DNA of 64,000 nt, taken from Nitrospiraceae bacterium (GTDB lineage: Bacteria; Nitrospirota; Nitrospiria; Nitrospirales; UBA2166). The position numbers and the translations under genes were made by a program. The stretch covers positions 1 to 64,000 of the forward strand of contig PBSN01000007.1 in assembly GCA_002726235.1 (NCBI GenBank), read 5' to 3'. Positions 29,002 through 38,592 of this stretch are shown in pieces. Under the pieces are notes generated by a model that worked only from the letters and a program-made list of their open reading frames with translations, was not told the origin of the DNA and did not search any database. Within the stretch, counting starts at the first letter, position 1; the number at the start of each line of letters is the position of its first letter.

Positions 29002-29515
29002 TCTCCTCTTCCTTGGCATTTTTCTTCTGTGCGGAGTGGCGTGGGCGATGGAGGATCAAGACTCGGATCCCATTGTCATTACGTCGCAAAGTCTGGTGGT
29101 CCATAATCGGAATGATCAAGCCATTTTTGAAGGTCAGGTCATGTTGATTCAGGGAGCTTTTCGGCTCACAGCCGATCGTATGGTTGTGTTTTTTGCGGAT
29201 CAGGCTGCGTCCAACGATCCGGGCGTCCCGGCCGTCGCTGGCCAGAAAATTTCTATGATTAAAGCAGTTGGGCATGTCAAGATTGTGGACGGGGATCAAT
29301 CAGCGACTGGGAAGAAGGCTGTGTTTTATGGCAAGGAGGAAAAAGTTGTCCTGACTGGACAACCGGAGATCTGGCAGCACGGGTATCGTGTTACTGGGAA
29401 AAAATTGACCCTCTTTCTTAAAGAGGATCGTAGCGTGGTTGAGGGAGGAAGCCAGGTTGTGATTACCGACAGCGGCTCACTGAACTTGGGTGCTTCTGCA
29501 GAGGATGAGCATTGA
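28973..29515 (+). CDS. lptA: LPS transport periplasmic protein LptA
   Basis: Signal peptide; PIVITSQ..FEGQV..LTADRM..VLTGQP OstA domain; start trimmed from 28856. Confidence 0.9.
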   Translation: MMSVPWLRTSLLFLGIFLLCGVAWAMEDQDSDPIVITSQSLVVHNRNDQAIFEGQVMLIQGAFRLTADRMVVFFADQAASNDPGVPAVAGQKISMIKAVGHVKIVDGDQSATGKKAVFYGKEEKVVLTGQPEIWQHGYRVTGKKLTLFLKEDRSVVEGGSQVVITDSGSLNLGASAEDEH

Positions 29516-30261
29516 CCGCTGTGAGTTGTGCCACGAAATCGCTTGATGCCAGAGTGCTCGAAAAAGTTATCAAAGGGAGACGTGTTGTCAGGTCTGTGAG
29601 TGTGAAGGTTCAGTCAAATGAGATTGTTGGGTTATTAGGACCCAACGGAGCCGGAAAAACAACAGTGTTTGGTATGATTGTCGGCTTGGTCAGCCCTGAT
29701 AATGGGGCAATCTTTCACAACGGTGAAGAAATCACTGGCCTTCCCATGTATAAGCGTGCGCGCAAAGGGATTGCCTATCTTCCACAAGAGCCATCCGTGT
29801 TTCGGCGACTTTCGGTTGAGCAAAATCTGCTAGCTATTCTTGAAACGCTCAACCTCTCCAAGCAGGAGTGTCAGCAACGTCTTGAAAATGTCTTGGCAGA
29901 ACTCTCTATTGGGCACATTCGAACTCAGAAAGCATTTACCCTCTCAGGAGGAGAGCGTCGGCGCGTTGAGATTGGAAGAGCTCTTGTAATGGATCCCGAT
30001 TTTCTTCTTTTGGATGAACCGTTTGCCGGGATTGATCCCATCGCGGTGAACCAGCTTCAATCAACGATTATGCATCTCAAGCACCAAGGTATAGGGCTGT
30101 TGATTACAGACCACAACGTTCAGGAAACGCTTTCGATTACCGATAGAGCGTATATATTAAGTGATGGTGAGGTGGTAGAATCCGGGAGTCCAGCGGATAT
30201 TGTGAGTAGTCCGATGGCTCGTGCCGTGTATCTCGGGGATCGCTTCCGATTAACTGAGTAA
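29512..30261 (+). CDS. lptB: LPS export ABC ATPase
   Basis: GPNGAGKT, YLPQEPS, LSGGERRR, DEPFAGIDP, ITDHNV. Confidence 0.97.
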   Translation: MTAVSCATKSLDARVLEKVIKGRRVVRSVSVKVQSNEIVGLLGPNGAGKTTVFGMIVGLVSPDNGAIFHNGEEITGLPMYKRARKGIAYLPQEPSVFRRLSVEQNLLAILETLNLSKQECQQRLENVLAELSIGHIRTQKAFTLSGGERRRVEIGRALVMDPDFLLLDEPFAGIDPIAVNQLQSTIMHLKHQGIGLLITDHNVQETLSITDRAYILSDGEVVESGSPADIVSSPMARAVYLGDRFRLTE

Positions 30262-30274
30262 CAGAGATAATAGT

Positions 30275-31663
30275 GTGGCAATGAAATTGCAAATGGATAT
30301 GCGGCTGTCGCAACGGCTCGTCATGACACCGCAATTGCAACAATCCATTAAGTTGCTACAGATGTCGCGGTTGGAGCTAGAGCAAACGGTGTCTGAATAT
30401 TTGGTTGAGAATCCTCTGTTGGAGGAGGTGGAGCCGGATGTGTCCGCCGAAGATGAAACTTCTCCTGTGAGCCTAGATCCTAACTCGCAAAGCATTGATT
30501 GGCAGGGATGGAGCAACATGAGGCAGAGTGGCTATGTTGCTTCGGGCGATGAGGTTTCCCGCAATCAACGGGTGGCAACTGAAACAACACTTGAAGAGCA
30601 TCTCTTGTGGCAGCTGAATCTTTCCGCCTTGACTGATGAAGAGAAGTCCATTGCACAACTCATCATTGGAAATATTGATGAGCGTGGATATTTGTGTTGT
30701 AGCCTGGAGGACGTCGTGGCAGGTACGTCTGTATCTCCGGAGAGCGTCGGAGTTGTTTTCCGGCAGGTTCAAGGGTTTGATCCCCCCGGTGTTGCAGCAC
30801 GTGATCTGAGAGAATGTCTTCTCATTCAAGCTGAGAGCCTTGGTCTGTCGCACTCGCTTGTCTGGATAATCATTGATCGATTTCTTCCTCACTTGGAACG
30901 AAAAAAATACAAGGCCATTGCCAAGGTACTTGGTGTTGGCCTTCACGAAATTTCCCACGCCGTAAAGATCATCGAAGGGATGGAGCCTCGCCCCGGGCGG
31001 CCGTTCTACAATGTAGACAATCAAGCCATTATTCCTGATGTCATTGTTATGTGGTTTGAAGGGAAGTGGCACGTTCTTCGTAATGATGATGGTCTTCCAC
31101 GCATTCGGATCCAACCTAAATATCAGGCACTGGTGGCAAAAGGGTCGGTTGAGGCGAAAGAGACGCAGATCTATCTGGGAGAAAAAATGCGTTTGGCGAG
31201 ATGGTTGGTCCGAAGCCTTGATCAACGCAATAAAACCATCATGAGGGTGGCGGAAAGTATTCTGAAATTTCAGGAACCATTTTTCTCCAAGGGGCGAGAA
31301 TATTTGAAGCCGTTGGTGTTGAGGCAGGTTGCAGATGATGTGTCGATGCATGAATCCACTGTGAGTAGGGTGACTGTAAACAAGTATCTCTATTCTCCAC
31401 AGAGGGGGATGTTTAGCCTGAAGCATTTTTTTTCTGGAGGTATTGCACGTATGGGTGGTGAATTGCCTGACGTGACGCCTGAAACTGTCCGTGAAATGAT
31501 TCGGAAGATCATTGCTGAAGAAAATACCTATCACCCGCTCAGCGATCAGGAGATAGTGAATCGACTTAGTCAACAAAAGGTCGCTTTTGCTCGACGAACG
31601 GTTGCGAAGTATCGGACAGAACTTCGCATTGCTCCGGCAAATCAACGGAAGGTGGCATTCTAG
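30275..31663 (+). CDS. rpoN: RNA polymerase sigma-54
   Basis: MTPQLQQSIKLLQ, HESTVSR, RpoN box ARRTVAKYR. Confidence 0.97.
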   Translation: MAMKLQMDMRLSQRLVMTPQLQQSIKLLQMSRLELEQTVSEYLVENPLLEEVEPDVSAEDETSPVSLDPNSQSIDWQGWSNMRQSGYVASGDEVSRNQRVATETTLEEHLLWQLNLSALTDEEKSIAQLIIGNIDERGYLCCSLEDVVAGTSVSPESVGVVFRQVQGFDPPGVAARDLRECLLIQAESLGLSHSLVWIIIDRFLPHLERKKYKAIAKVLGVGLHEISHAVKIIEGMEPRPGRPFYNVDNQAIIPDVIVMWFEGKWHVLRNDDGLPRIRIQPKYQALVAKGSVEAKETQIYLGEKMRLARWLVRSLDQRNKTIMRVAESILKFQEPFFSKGREYLKPLVLRQVADDVSMHESTVSRVTVNKYLYSPQRGMFSLKHFFSGGIARMGGELPDVTPETVREMIRKIIAEENTYHPLSDQEIVNRLSQQKVAFARRTVAKYRTELRIAPANQRKVAF

Positions 31664-31707
31664 TTCGCGGTGCAATCGAACGTTTGCTGTATGAGAGAGG
31701 TGGAAGG

Positions 31708-32235
31708 ATGACGATCAATCTTACGGGGAAGCAGGTCGTTCTTGACGAAGCTCTGCGGCAGTATGTCGACAAAAAAGTCGAAAAACTGGGGCAGTATGGG
31801 GCAAAACTTCATGACGTCCACATTATGCTCGCGATGGAAAAGTATCGTGCGCTGGCAGACATTTCGGTGAATGTGGGTGGTCATGCGGTGGTTGCGAAAG
31901 CGGAGACAAAGACACTCTATCGGTCAATTGATGGTGTGATGGAGAAGATAGAACGACAGCTTATGCGATATCGAGGTAAACTCCTTGGAGTCAAAACACG
32001 CCATGCAGGTGCGCCAACGGAATCATTGCGTGATGGTAGCGGTGTTGACTCCAACCATCTTGGCATCAAGACTCGGACTATCTCTGTGGCTTTGGCATCT
32101 GCGGAAAAAGCACTTGAGGCGATGGCATCTTTTGAAGATAATTGCATGGTTTTTTCTGATGAACGCACGGCGCGGTTTCGCATCGTACACCGCCGTCCTG
32201 ATGGAGAAGTGGAAATCCTGGATCCGCTAACCTAG
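31708..32235 (+). CDS. hpf: Ribosome hibernation factor (long HPF/RaiA)
   Basis: MTINLTGKQ..LRQYVDKKVEKL..LYRSID..KIERQL plus a C-terminal domain; follows rpoN. Confidence 0.9.
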   Translation: MTINLTGKQVVLDEALRQYVDKKVEKLGQYGAKLHDVHIMLAMEKYRALADISVNVGGHAVVAKAETKTLYRSIDGVMEKIERQLMRYRGKLLGVKTRHAGAPTESLRDGSGVDSNHLGIKTRTISVALASAEKALEAMASFEDNCMVFSDERTARFRIVHRRPDGEVEILDPLT

Positions 32236-32399
32236 CAGAGTGTTGAAAAATTCAAAGCACCAAAAGTGTCAGTTGAAAGGCAGGATGTTCAACACCGGCA
32301 GAGCCGCAGTTTCTTAGGCGTGCGGAGCGTACGAGGAGTCGTGTGAGTACGTTAATGGGTCGGGAATATCGTTGGAGACCTTTTTCAACATCCTGTTAG
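32232..32399. repeat. Palindromic MITE/REP-like element, copy 1
   Basis: Ends CTAGCAGAGTGTTGAAAAA / TTTTTCAACATCCTGTTAG form a 16/19 inverted repeat; internal GTAC motifs. Confidence 0.7.
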
Positions 32400-32447
32400 G
32401 GCCAACGGGCATCGTTGGCCAAGATTTCTGTTCCGCTCTTATTTACC

Positions 32448-33323
32448 ATGTCTAATGCCTCAGGTGTTCAGCTCATCGTCATTACCGGTCTCTCCGGTGC
32501 AGGGAAAAGTTTGGCTATCCGTTGTCTGGAAGATTGTGGGTTCTTTTGTGTTGACAATCTTCCAGCCCCATTGCTCCTGAAGTTTGTCGAACTTTGTACC
32601 CAGAAGGGAGCAGAAATTTGCCGCGTGGGATTAGGTATCGATATCCGGGAGCGAGGGTTTCTCGGCGAGGTGGTGGCCATATTGAAACGATGGCGGGACG
32701 AGGGGTTTTTCGTCGAGGTGTTGTTTATCGAAGCGCGGGATGACGTACTTTTCCGAAGGTTCTCGGAAAGTCGTCGGCCTCATCCCTTAGCGGGAGACAG
32801 ATCCGCAATGGAGGCCATACGATACGAGCGGAGCTTAATGAACGAATTGCGTCATACTTCTGACAGAATCATTGACACGTCTGATTTATTGGTACACGAT
32901 TTTAGAGCAGCCGTCGTCCAATATTGCCTAAGTGCTGGGGGAACCGGAACTTTTCGGATCTTGATTGTTACTTTTGGGTATAAATATGGCATTCCGTATG
33001 ATGCGGATCTTCTCTTCGACGTGAGATTTCTGAAAAACCCTTACTTTGTTAACGAGTTGAAGGATTTTACAGGGGAGAATCCTCGTGTGCTGGATTTTGT
33101 ATTGGGTTTGGATGAAACGAAACCGTTTTTGATGAAGACAGAAGAATTGCTCTGGACGATTTTACCGCTCTACAAGCGTGAAGGAAAACGGTATCTGACT
33201 ATCGGGATTGGTTGTACTGGAGGGCGACACCGATCCGTCTCCATCGGGAGCACGCTTGCGGAAAATATTCGTGTAGCTGGGTATGAGGTCACCTTACGTC
33301 ACCGAGATATGACGCAGCCATAG
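32448..33323 (+). CDS. rapZ: RNase adapter RapZ
   Basis: TGLSGAGKS, CVDNLP, FGYKYG, DVRFLKNP, GCTGGRHRSV. Confidence 0.96.
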   Translation: MSNASGVQLIVITGLSGAGKSLAIRCLEDCGFFCVDNLPAPLLLKFVELCTQKGAEICRVGLGIDIRERGFLGEVVAILKRWRDEGFFVEVLFIEARDDVLFRRFSESRRPHPLAGDRSAMEAIRYERSLMNELRHTSDRIIDTSDLLVHDFRAAVVQYCLSAGGTGTFRILIVTFGYKYGIPYDADLLFDVRFLKNPYFVNELKDFTGENPRVLDFVLGLDETKPFLMKTEELLWTILPLYKREGKRYLTIGIGCTGGRHRSVSIGSTLAENIRVAGYEVTLRHRDMTQP

Positions 33324-33354
33324 GCCATCGGACGATTACAGGACAGATCAAGTT

Positions 33355-33511
33355 GTGAGGTGGGTTTCACACGAGAAACCGGTTGTCGGACTCGACATCG
33401 CGTCACACGCGGTTAAAGTCGAGTTGTTCTTGTTGCAAATGGAAATACAGGATGGACAAGTTTGGGATCGCGTCTCTGCCTTCTGAGGGTGTTGTGGATG
33501 GGGAGTTATGA
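33355..33511 (+). pseudogene. pilM: Frameshifted 5' remnant of type IV pilus pilM
   Basis: One frame reads KPVVGLDIASHAVKVEL; the +1 frame continues KYRMDKFGIASLPSEGVVDGEL then stops. Both match the PilM N-terminus, and the site is directly upstream of aroK. Confidence 0.75.
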
Positions 33512-33564
33512 TTCGCAGCGTTGTGAAATAATATGTAAGTGGGTCTTGTGCGGATCGCTGTGCA

Positions 33565-34128
33565 ATGATGGGGTATGACTCAAGTATTGTCATCGTGGGG
33601 TTTATGGGCACAGGCAAGACCGTCGTTGGTTCGGTGTTAGCGAAGGAGCTTGGTGTCCGCTTTTTCGATACCGATCGGTTGATAGAAGAGGCTCAGGGGA
33701 TGCTGATCGCGGACATTTTCAGCCGGGATGGAGAGGAGGTGTTTCGCACAATGGAGAAGCAAACGGTACGTAATGTTGTCTCTTCTGCGAAACGCGAGCC
33801 GTGCATCATTGCTACTGGGGGAGGCACTGTCGTTGATGTAGAGAACCTGCAGCGGCTGAAGACGATTGGCCTGATGGTCTGTTTGTATGCGGATCCAGAG
33901 GTCATTCATGCGCGCACAGTGGATGATGCCTGTCGACCACTGTTGCCCACCGGTGAAACTGTGGATCGGCTTTCGGCGATTGTCGAATTGTTGGCTGTGC
34001 GTCGGCCCTTCTACGAAAGTGCTGACATTTGTATTGATACGAGTCAACACGGTGTGAACAGCGTCGTGACCAGCGTAATTGACCATATCAATAGCATCGA
34101 GAGCAAACGTCTGAATTGCTTACATTGA
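33565..34128 (+). CDS. aroK: Shikimate kinase
   Basis: GFMGTGKT, DTD, GEEVFR, ATGGG, RPLL. Confidence 0.96.
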   Translation: MMGYDSSIVIVGFMGTGKTVVGSVLAKELGVRFFDTDRLIEEAQGMLIADIFSRDGEEVFRTMEKQTVRNVVSSAKREPCIIATGGGTVVDVENLQRLKTIGLMVCLYADPEVIHARTVDDACRPLLPTGETVDRLSAIVELLAVRRPFYESADICIDTSQHGVNSVVTSVIDHINSIESKRLNCLH

Positions 34129-34129
34129 A

Positions 34130-35311
34130 TTGCGTGAGAAAGAGTGGAATAACGTGGTACAGAATTCAACCCTTGGAATATCTCGAAAGCAAATCAATGG
34201 TCGAGGTAGCTCAATAGTGCAGGTTCGGTTGCGCGCGAGGAGTTATCCTGTCGAAATTGGAAAAGGGATTTTTTCACGGTTTGGCAAACGTTTGAGTAAG
34301 TTACGACCGGCCGTCATTGGGATGAAGGTGGCGGTTGTAACAAACCCTCGATTGCTCAAGTTGTATGGGAAAGGCCTCATCCATAACCTCCGGGCTGAAG
34401 GTTTTGCAGTCACAACGATTGTAGTGCCGGATGGGGAGCGCTCTAAGGATCTGTCGTGGGTCGGCCGTATTATTGATAAGCTCGTCGCGGGGAAGTTTGA
34501 ACGGCGATCTGCATTGATTGCGCTTGGAGGCGGCGTGATCGGAGATCTCACCGGTTTTGCGGCCTCGGCATATTTACGCGGGATTCCCTATATTCATGTT
34601 CCGACGACTGTCATTGCTCAGGTTGATTCGAGTGTTGGGGGAAAGACGGCCGTCAATCATGCTAAGGGGAAGAATCTGATCGGAGCATTTTACCAGCCGA
34701 AATTGGTGTTCGCTGATGTCGAAGTGCTCAACTCCCTTAATTTTCGAGAGTTAATTGGGGGGCTGGCCGAGGTGATTAAGTACGGCGTTATCGCAGACGC
34801 AAAGCTTTTCAGGTTTCTCGAGACCGATATGGCGAGGATCCTCAGTCGTGACCCTGATGCCTGGCTCTATCTTGTGAGTCGTTCATGTGCAATCAAGGCA
34901 GCAGTGGTCAGCGCGGATGAGCGGGAAGGGGACCGTCGTCGGATTTTAAATTATGGACATACCTTGGGACATGCCATTGAGACGGTCACGAGCTACCGAG
35001 GGTATACACATGGTGAAGCCATTGCCATGGGGATGGTATTTGCGGCGCAATTGTCTGTTGCAGAGGGCTTGTGTGGTACGACGACGGCGAAGCGCCAGTG
35101 TGATCTCCTCGTAAAAGCGGGGTTGCCGACGACAATGCCGGGCCTTCCTCACGCCGCTGTCATGCATGCCATGGATCGAGATAAAAAGGTTGTTGCCGAA
35201 CAGGTGAACTTTGTGCTCGTTGACCGTATCGGTCGGGTGAGGGTCAAAACGATAGAAAAGCAAAAAATACGACGTGCGCTCAAGAGCTTTTGTCAGAGCA
35301 CGAGTTCTTGA
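34130..35311 (+). CDS. aroB: 3-dehydroquinate synthase
   Basis: GGGVIGDL, QVDSSVGGKT, KNLIGAFYQP, LNYGHTLGHA, HGEA; start uncertain. Confidence 0.97.
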   Translation: MREKEWNNVVQNSTLGISRKQINGRGSSIVQVRLRARSYPVEIGKGIFSRFGKRLSKLRPAVIGMKVAVVTNPRLLKLYGKGLIHNLRAEGFAVTTIVVPDGERSKDLSWVGRIIDKLVAGKFERRSALIALGGGVIGDLTGFAASAYLRGIPYIHVPTTVIAQVDSSVGGKTAVNHAKGKNLIGAFYQPKLVFADVEVLNSLNFRELIGGLAEVIKYGVIADAKLFRFLETDMARILSRDPDAWLYLVSRSCAIKAAVVSADEREGDRRRILNYGHTLGHAIETVTSYRGYTHGEAIAMGMVFAAQLSVAEGLCGTTTAKRQCDLLVKAGLPTTMPGLPHAAVMHAMDRDKKVVAEQVNFVLVDRIGRVRVKTIEKQKIRRALKSFCQSTSS

Positions 35312-35691
35312 TGATGGCATAGGGCTAACTGTTTGAGGGGTTGTTCTTCGGTTGTCTCGCGGTTTTTAGCTTGTGGCGCCTGTGGGCATTATGGCGTATG
35401 GGGTAATTGAGGACTTCGTCTCCGAAACACGCCATTGCCGCAAACGAAGAATTTTTCAGCATTCTCACCGAGAATTCCCACGAGGAAGGAATGGACACAT
35501 AGCTACATCGTGGGTCCGCGTTTACACTCCGTTTCAGTTTTTCTCTTCGTTGAATTGGTCTAGGAGCCCCTGCGTGTCAATGCCCTCTCCGAAGGCACCT
35601 GAACCTTGTGTTGTCTGCTGAGAGTGTGTGACAATCAGCGGAGGATTTGTGAGATACAATACAAATCATGCAAGCATATGACTGAGGGGGT

Positions 35692-36939
35692 ATGAGCGGA
35701 CCTAGACGTAGGGTTGTCGTGACAGGCCTCGGCGTGATTTCTCCAATTGGGATCGGCAAGGAAAATTTTCTTGCGGGTCTTCGTGCTGGGCGATCTGGTA
35801 TCGCACCAATTACCCGGTTTGATGCCAGTGGATATGAATCTAGAGTGGCGGGAGAAGTGAATGATTTTGATGCCGTAGAGCATCTTGGGCTTCGGCGTGT
35901 GAATCAGATGGGGCGTGCAGCTCAATTTGCGGTTGCTGCTGCTGGGATGGCCCTGGACGATGGTGGTCTCAATCTTGATGCAGTTGATAAGGAGAGAGCA
36001 GGGAGTGTTATTGGGACTGCGGTCGGCGACCTTGGGTGGGCTATTGAAGAAGCGCTGACGCAAGATCACAATGGCCATGTTGCGTCGAATCCTCGCACGA
36101 TGTTTATGGCCTATCCAAATTCAGTCTCTGGCCAAGTGTCTATCCGGTACGGACTGAATGGGGCTACAGATACGATCTCAAGCGGATGTGCGTCGGGAGG
36201 GACGGCGTTTGGACTTGCGTCCAATCTCATCCAACGTGATGAAGCGGATGTTCTCCTTGTCGGGGGGACTGAAGCCCCGCTTCACCCAACCATCTTCCGG
36301 AACCTGTGTGCGGCTGGTGCGTTATCGACGATGAATGGCGGAGGGAGACCGTCTCCGTTTGACAAGGACCGTGATGGCCCAGTGTTGGCAGAGGGAGCTG
36401 GCATTGTGGTCTTTGAAGAACTGGGGCATGCGCTTCGACGCGATGCCACGATCTATGCGGAGTTTATGGGGTGGGGTTCAACGACTGATGCCTTTAGTCT
36501 CACACGAACCGAACCCAATGGGATACAGGGAATTCGTGCCAGTCAGGTTGCATTAAAGAATTCGTTGGTGGCTACTGACGAGGTTGACTATATCAGTGCG
36601 TATGGGATTGCGACGCCATCGTGTGATTGGACTGAAACCCGAATTGCGAAAATGGTGTTCGGTGATCGCGCTCGCACAATTCCCATTAGTGCGATTCAAT
36701 CGATGGTTGGATATTCTTGGGCCGCCATGGGTGCGCTACAATTCATTGCCAGTTGTATGGCAATTACAGAAGGGGTCATCCACCCGACGATCAATTATGC
36801 CGCGAAAGACGTGAATTGCGATCTTGATTATGTGCCGAATGTCGCGCGAGATCTACGAATTGACACCGCCGTGACTGACCAGTTTGGATGTGGGAAGAAT
36901 GTCGTGACGGTTATCCGGCGGTACAACGGTTTCGGATAA
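35692..36939 (+). CDS. FabF-like beta-ketoacyl synthase with non-canonical active site (Cys-Tyr-Tyr)
   Basis: RRVVVTGLG, SGCASG, PFDKDRDG, EGAG; YISAYGIAT and IQSMVGYS replace YINAHGTST and TKSMxGH. Confidence 0.85.
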   Translation: MSGPRRRVVVTGLGVISPIGIGKENFLAGLRAGRSGIAPITRFDASGYESRVAGEVNDFDAVEHLGLRRVNQMGRAAQFAVAAAGMALDDGGLNLDAVDKERAGSVIGTAVGDLGWAIEEALTQDHNGHVASNPRTMFMAYPNSVSGQVSIRYGLNGATDTISSGCASGGTAFGLASNLIQRDEADVLLVGGTEAPLHPTIFRNLCAAGALSTMNGGGRPSPFDKDRDGPVLAEGAGIVVFEELGHALRRDATIYAEFMGWGSTTDAFSLTRTEPNGIQGIRASQVALKNSLVATDEVDYISAYGIATPSCDWTETRIAKMVFGDRARTIPISAIQSMVGYSWAAMGALQFIASCMAITEGVIHPTINYAAKDVNCDLDYVPNVARDLRIDTAVTDQFGCGKNVVTVIRRYNGFG

Positions 36940-36953
36940 TCTCCTTCGCGCGC

Positions 36954-37376
36954 TCATTCTTCCACAGTAAACCCAGCTTCTTTCCACGCTTCGGTTCCGC
37001 CCTTTAAGTTATATACATTCGTGTAGCCTCGCGCAAAAAGGGTGCGCGCGGCGACATTCACCATGTGACCAGTTTTGCAATACAAGTAGATTGGCGTTGA
37101 TTTATCGGCGGGGAACTTCTCTAGGTGCTCGTCAAGCTTGTTGTGAGGAACAAGATGGTCTGTTCCTTTGATGTGGGCCTGCTCGGGAGTATGAACGTCT
37201 ACTAAAAGGATATTATCTTTCGAGGTGGCAGCATTGAATTCCTGTGCCGGGAGGACATTGAGACCATTGGGAGGGATGAAGAGTTGAATGAAGGCACACC
37301 CGGAGAAGATGGGCATAGCCAAAGTGATGAGAAACAGCATGAATAATGTTCCGGGTGTTCTACGATGGGTTGTCAT
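36954..37376 (-). CDS. Rhodanese-domain lipoprotein
   Basis: RBS GGAGGAGG; lipobox FSGC; LVDVHTPE, YCKTG, NLKGGTEAW. Confidence 0.88.
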   Translation of the reverse strand: MTTHRRTPGTLFMLFLITLAMPIFSGCAFIQLFIPPNGLNVLPAQEFNAATSKDNILLVDVHTPEQAHIKGTDHLVPHNKLDEHLEKFPADKSTPIYLYCKTGHMVNVAARTLFARGYTNVYNLKGGTEAWKEAGFTVEE

Positions 37377-37505
37377 AACCTGATCCTCCTCCCCGATATC
37401 AAAGTAAGCTGGGCATAGCTTGGAAGGTTTGCCATGCTTGCCCGTCTCCGTATGGTAAAATAATACATCCATGTGCTTCAGCACAAATCGAGATAGCGTC
37501 TTGTA

Positions 37506-38408
37506 ATGATGTGGGAGGTGCGCCCCGTGAACGCATATCAAGTGATGCTTGTATCGTTTTTTGTGTTCTTCCCCGCCTGTACAGGTGTGCCGCTAACTAC
37601 TCAGTCATCAGCAACACAAATTGCACCTGAGATGGCGGCGACTTTCACACTGGGGAAAGTTGCTGAAGAAGGTAATGGGGAACTCAGTGACGTTCCTATG
37701 GTGCTGATTCCAGCTGGAGAGTTTCCGATGGGAAGTATGCAAGGCAGTGCGAATGCGAAACGGGCGGAAGGTCCTCAACGGATGGTTTATTTGGATGCGT
37801 ACGATATGGATGTCTATGAGGTCACGACGAAGTATTATGCGAAATTTCTCGAAGTTACCCACATGCCGGCTCCTTTGGCGTGGAGTCAAGTGGACTTGGC
37901 CAAGCATGGGGATCGTCCCGTTGTTGGAGTAACGTGGGATGAGGCGTCGGCATACTGCAAGTGGGTGGGAAAGCGGTTGCCGACTGAAGCCGAATGGGAG
38001 AAAGCGGCTCGGGGGACCGATGGGCGAAGTTACCCGTGGGGGAATGAGGTGCCGACATCTGATCGGGCGACGCTCACAAAACATTGGGAGGGTTATGATA
38101 CACCGACTCCGGTTGGGAGCCTGGAAGGAGGGAAGAGTCCGTACGGACTGTATGATATGGCGGGTAACGTGATGGAGTGGGTTTCTGATTGGTACGATCA
38201 GAGGTACTACGATACTGCCCCGGCCAAGAATCCCAAGGGCCCGGAAACGGGGAAGGCTGGTGTTGTTCGTGGAGGGGGCTGGGGATTTTTGCCTACTGAT
38301 GCTCGCTCAGCACGACGTATCTACCCGTCCCGCGATACTCAGTGTAGAAATATTGGGTTTCGTTGTGCCAAAGATGCTGTGGAGCAACTAGAGATAGAGG
38401 AAAACTAA
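37506..38408 (+). CDS. FGE-sulfatase (SUMF1/EgtB/PvdO) domain lipoprotein
   Basis: IPAGEFPMG, RLPTEAEWEKAARG, YGLYDMAGNVMEW, IGFRCA; lacks the catalytic Cys pair of true FGE. Confidence 0.9.
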   Translation: MMWEVRPVNAYQVMLVSFFVFFPACTGVPLTTQSSATQIAPEMAATFTLGKVAEEGNGELSDVPMVLIPAGEFPMGSMQGSANAKRAEGPQRMVYLDAYDMDVYEVTTKYYAKFLEVTHMPAPLAWSQVDLAKHGDRPVVGVTWDEASAYCKWVGKRLPTEAEWEKAARGTDGRSYPWGNEVPTSDRATLTKHWEGYDTPTPVGSLEGGKSPYGLYDMAGNVMEWVSDWYDQRYYDTAPAKNPKGPETGKAGVVRGGGWGFLPTDARSARRIYPSRDTQCRNIGFRCAKDAVEQLEIEEN

Positions 38409-38471
38409 TTCGGTTCCTGAGAACTGAATGGCAAGGCTTGAGGGTTTGCTAGCAGTCAGGAGGAAATGGCC

Positions 38472-38586
38472 CTGTTAAAAAATGCCCGGTCCTCACAAGG
38501 CCATAGAATTGTGTTGGCGCGCGGAATGTACACGAATCTGAGCAGGGTAGCGGACCGAAAATGCCACTGAAGGATCTTTTTGACAG
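38472..38586. repeat. Palindromic MITE/REP-like element, copy 2 (degenerate)
   Basis: Ends CTGTTAAAAAA / TTTTTGACAG; lies between convergent genes. Confidence 0.55.
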
Positions 38587-38592
38587 TCTTCT

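Noticed and set aside
30473..31675. 400-aa minus-strand ORF
   Set aside because: Antisense shadow of rpoN with no recognisable motifs.
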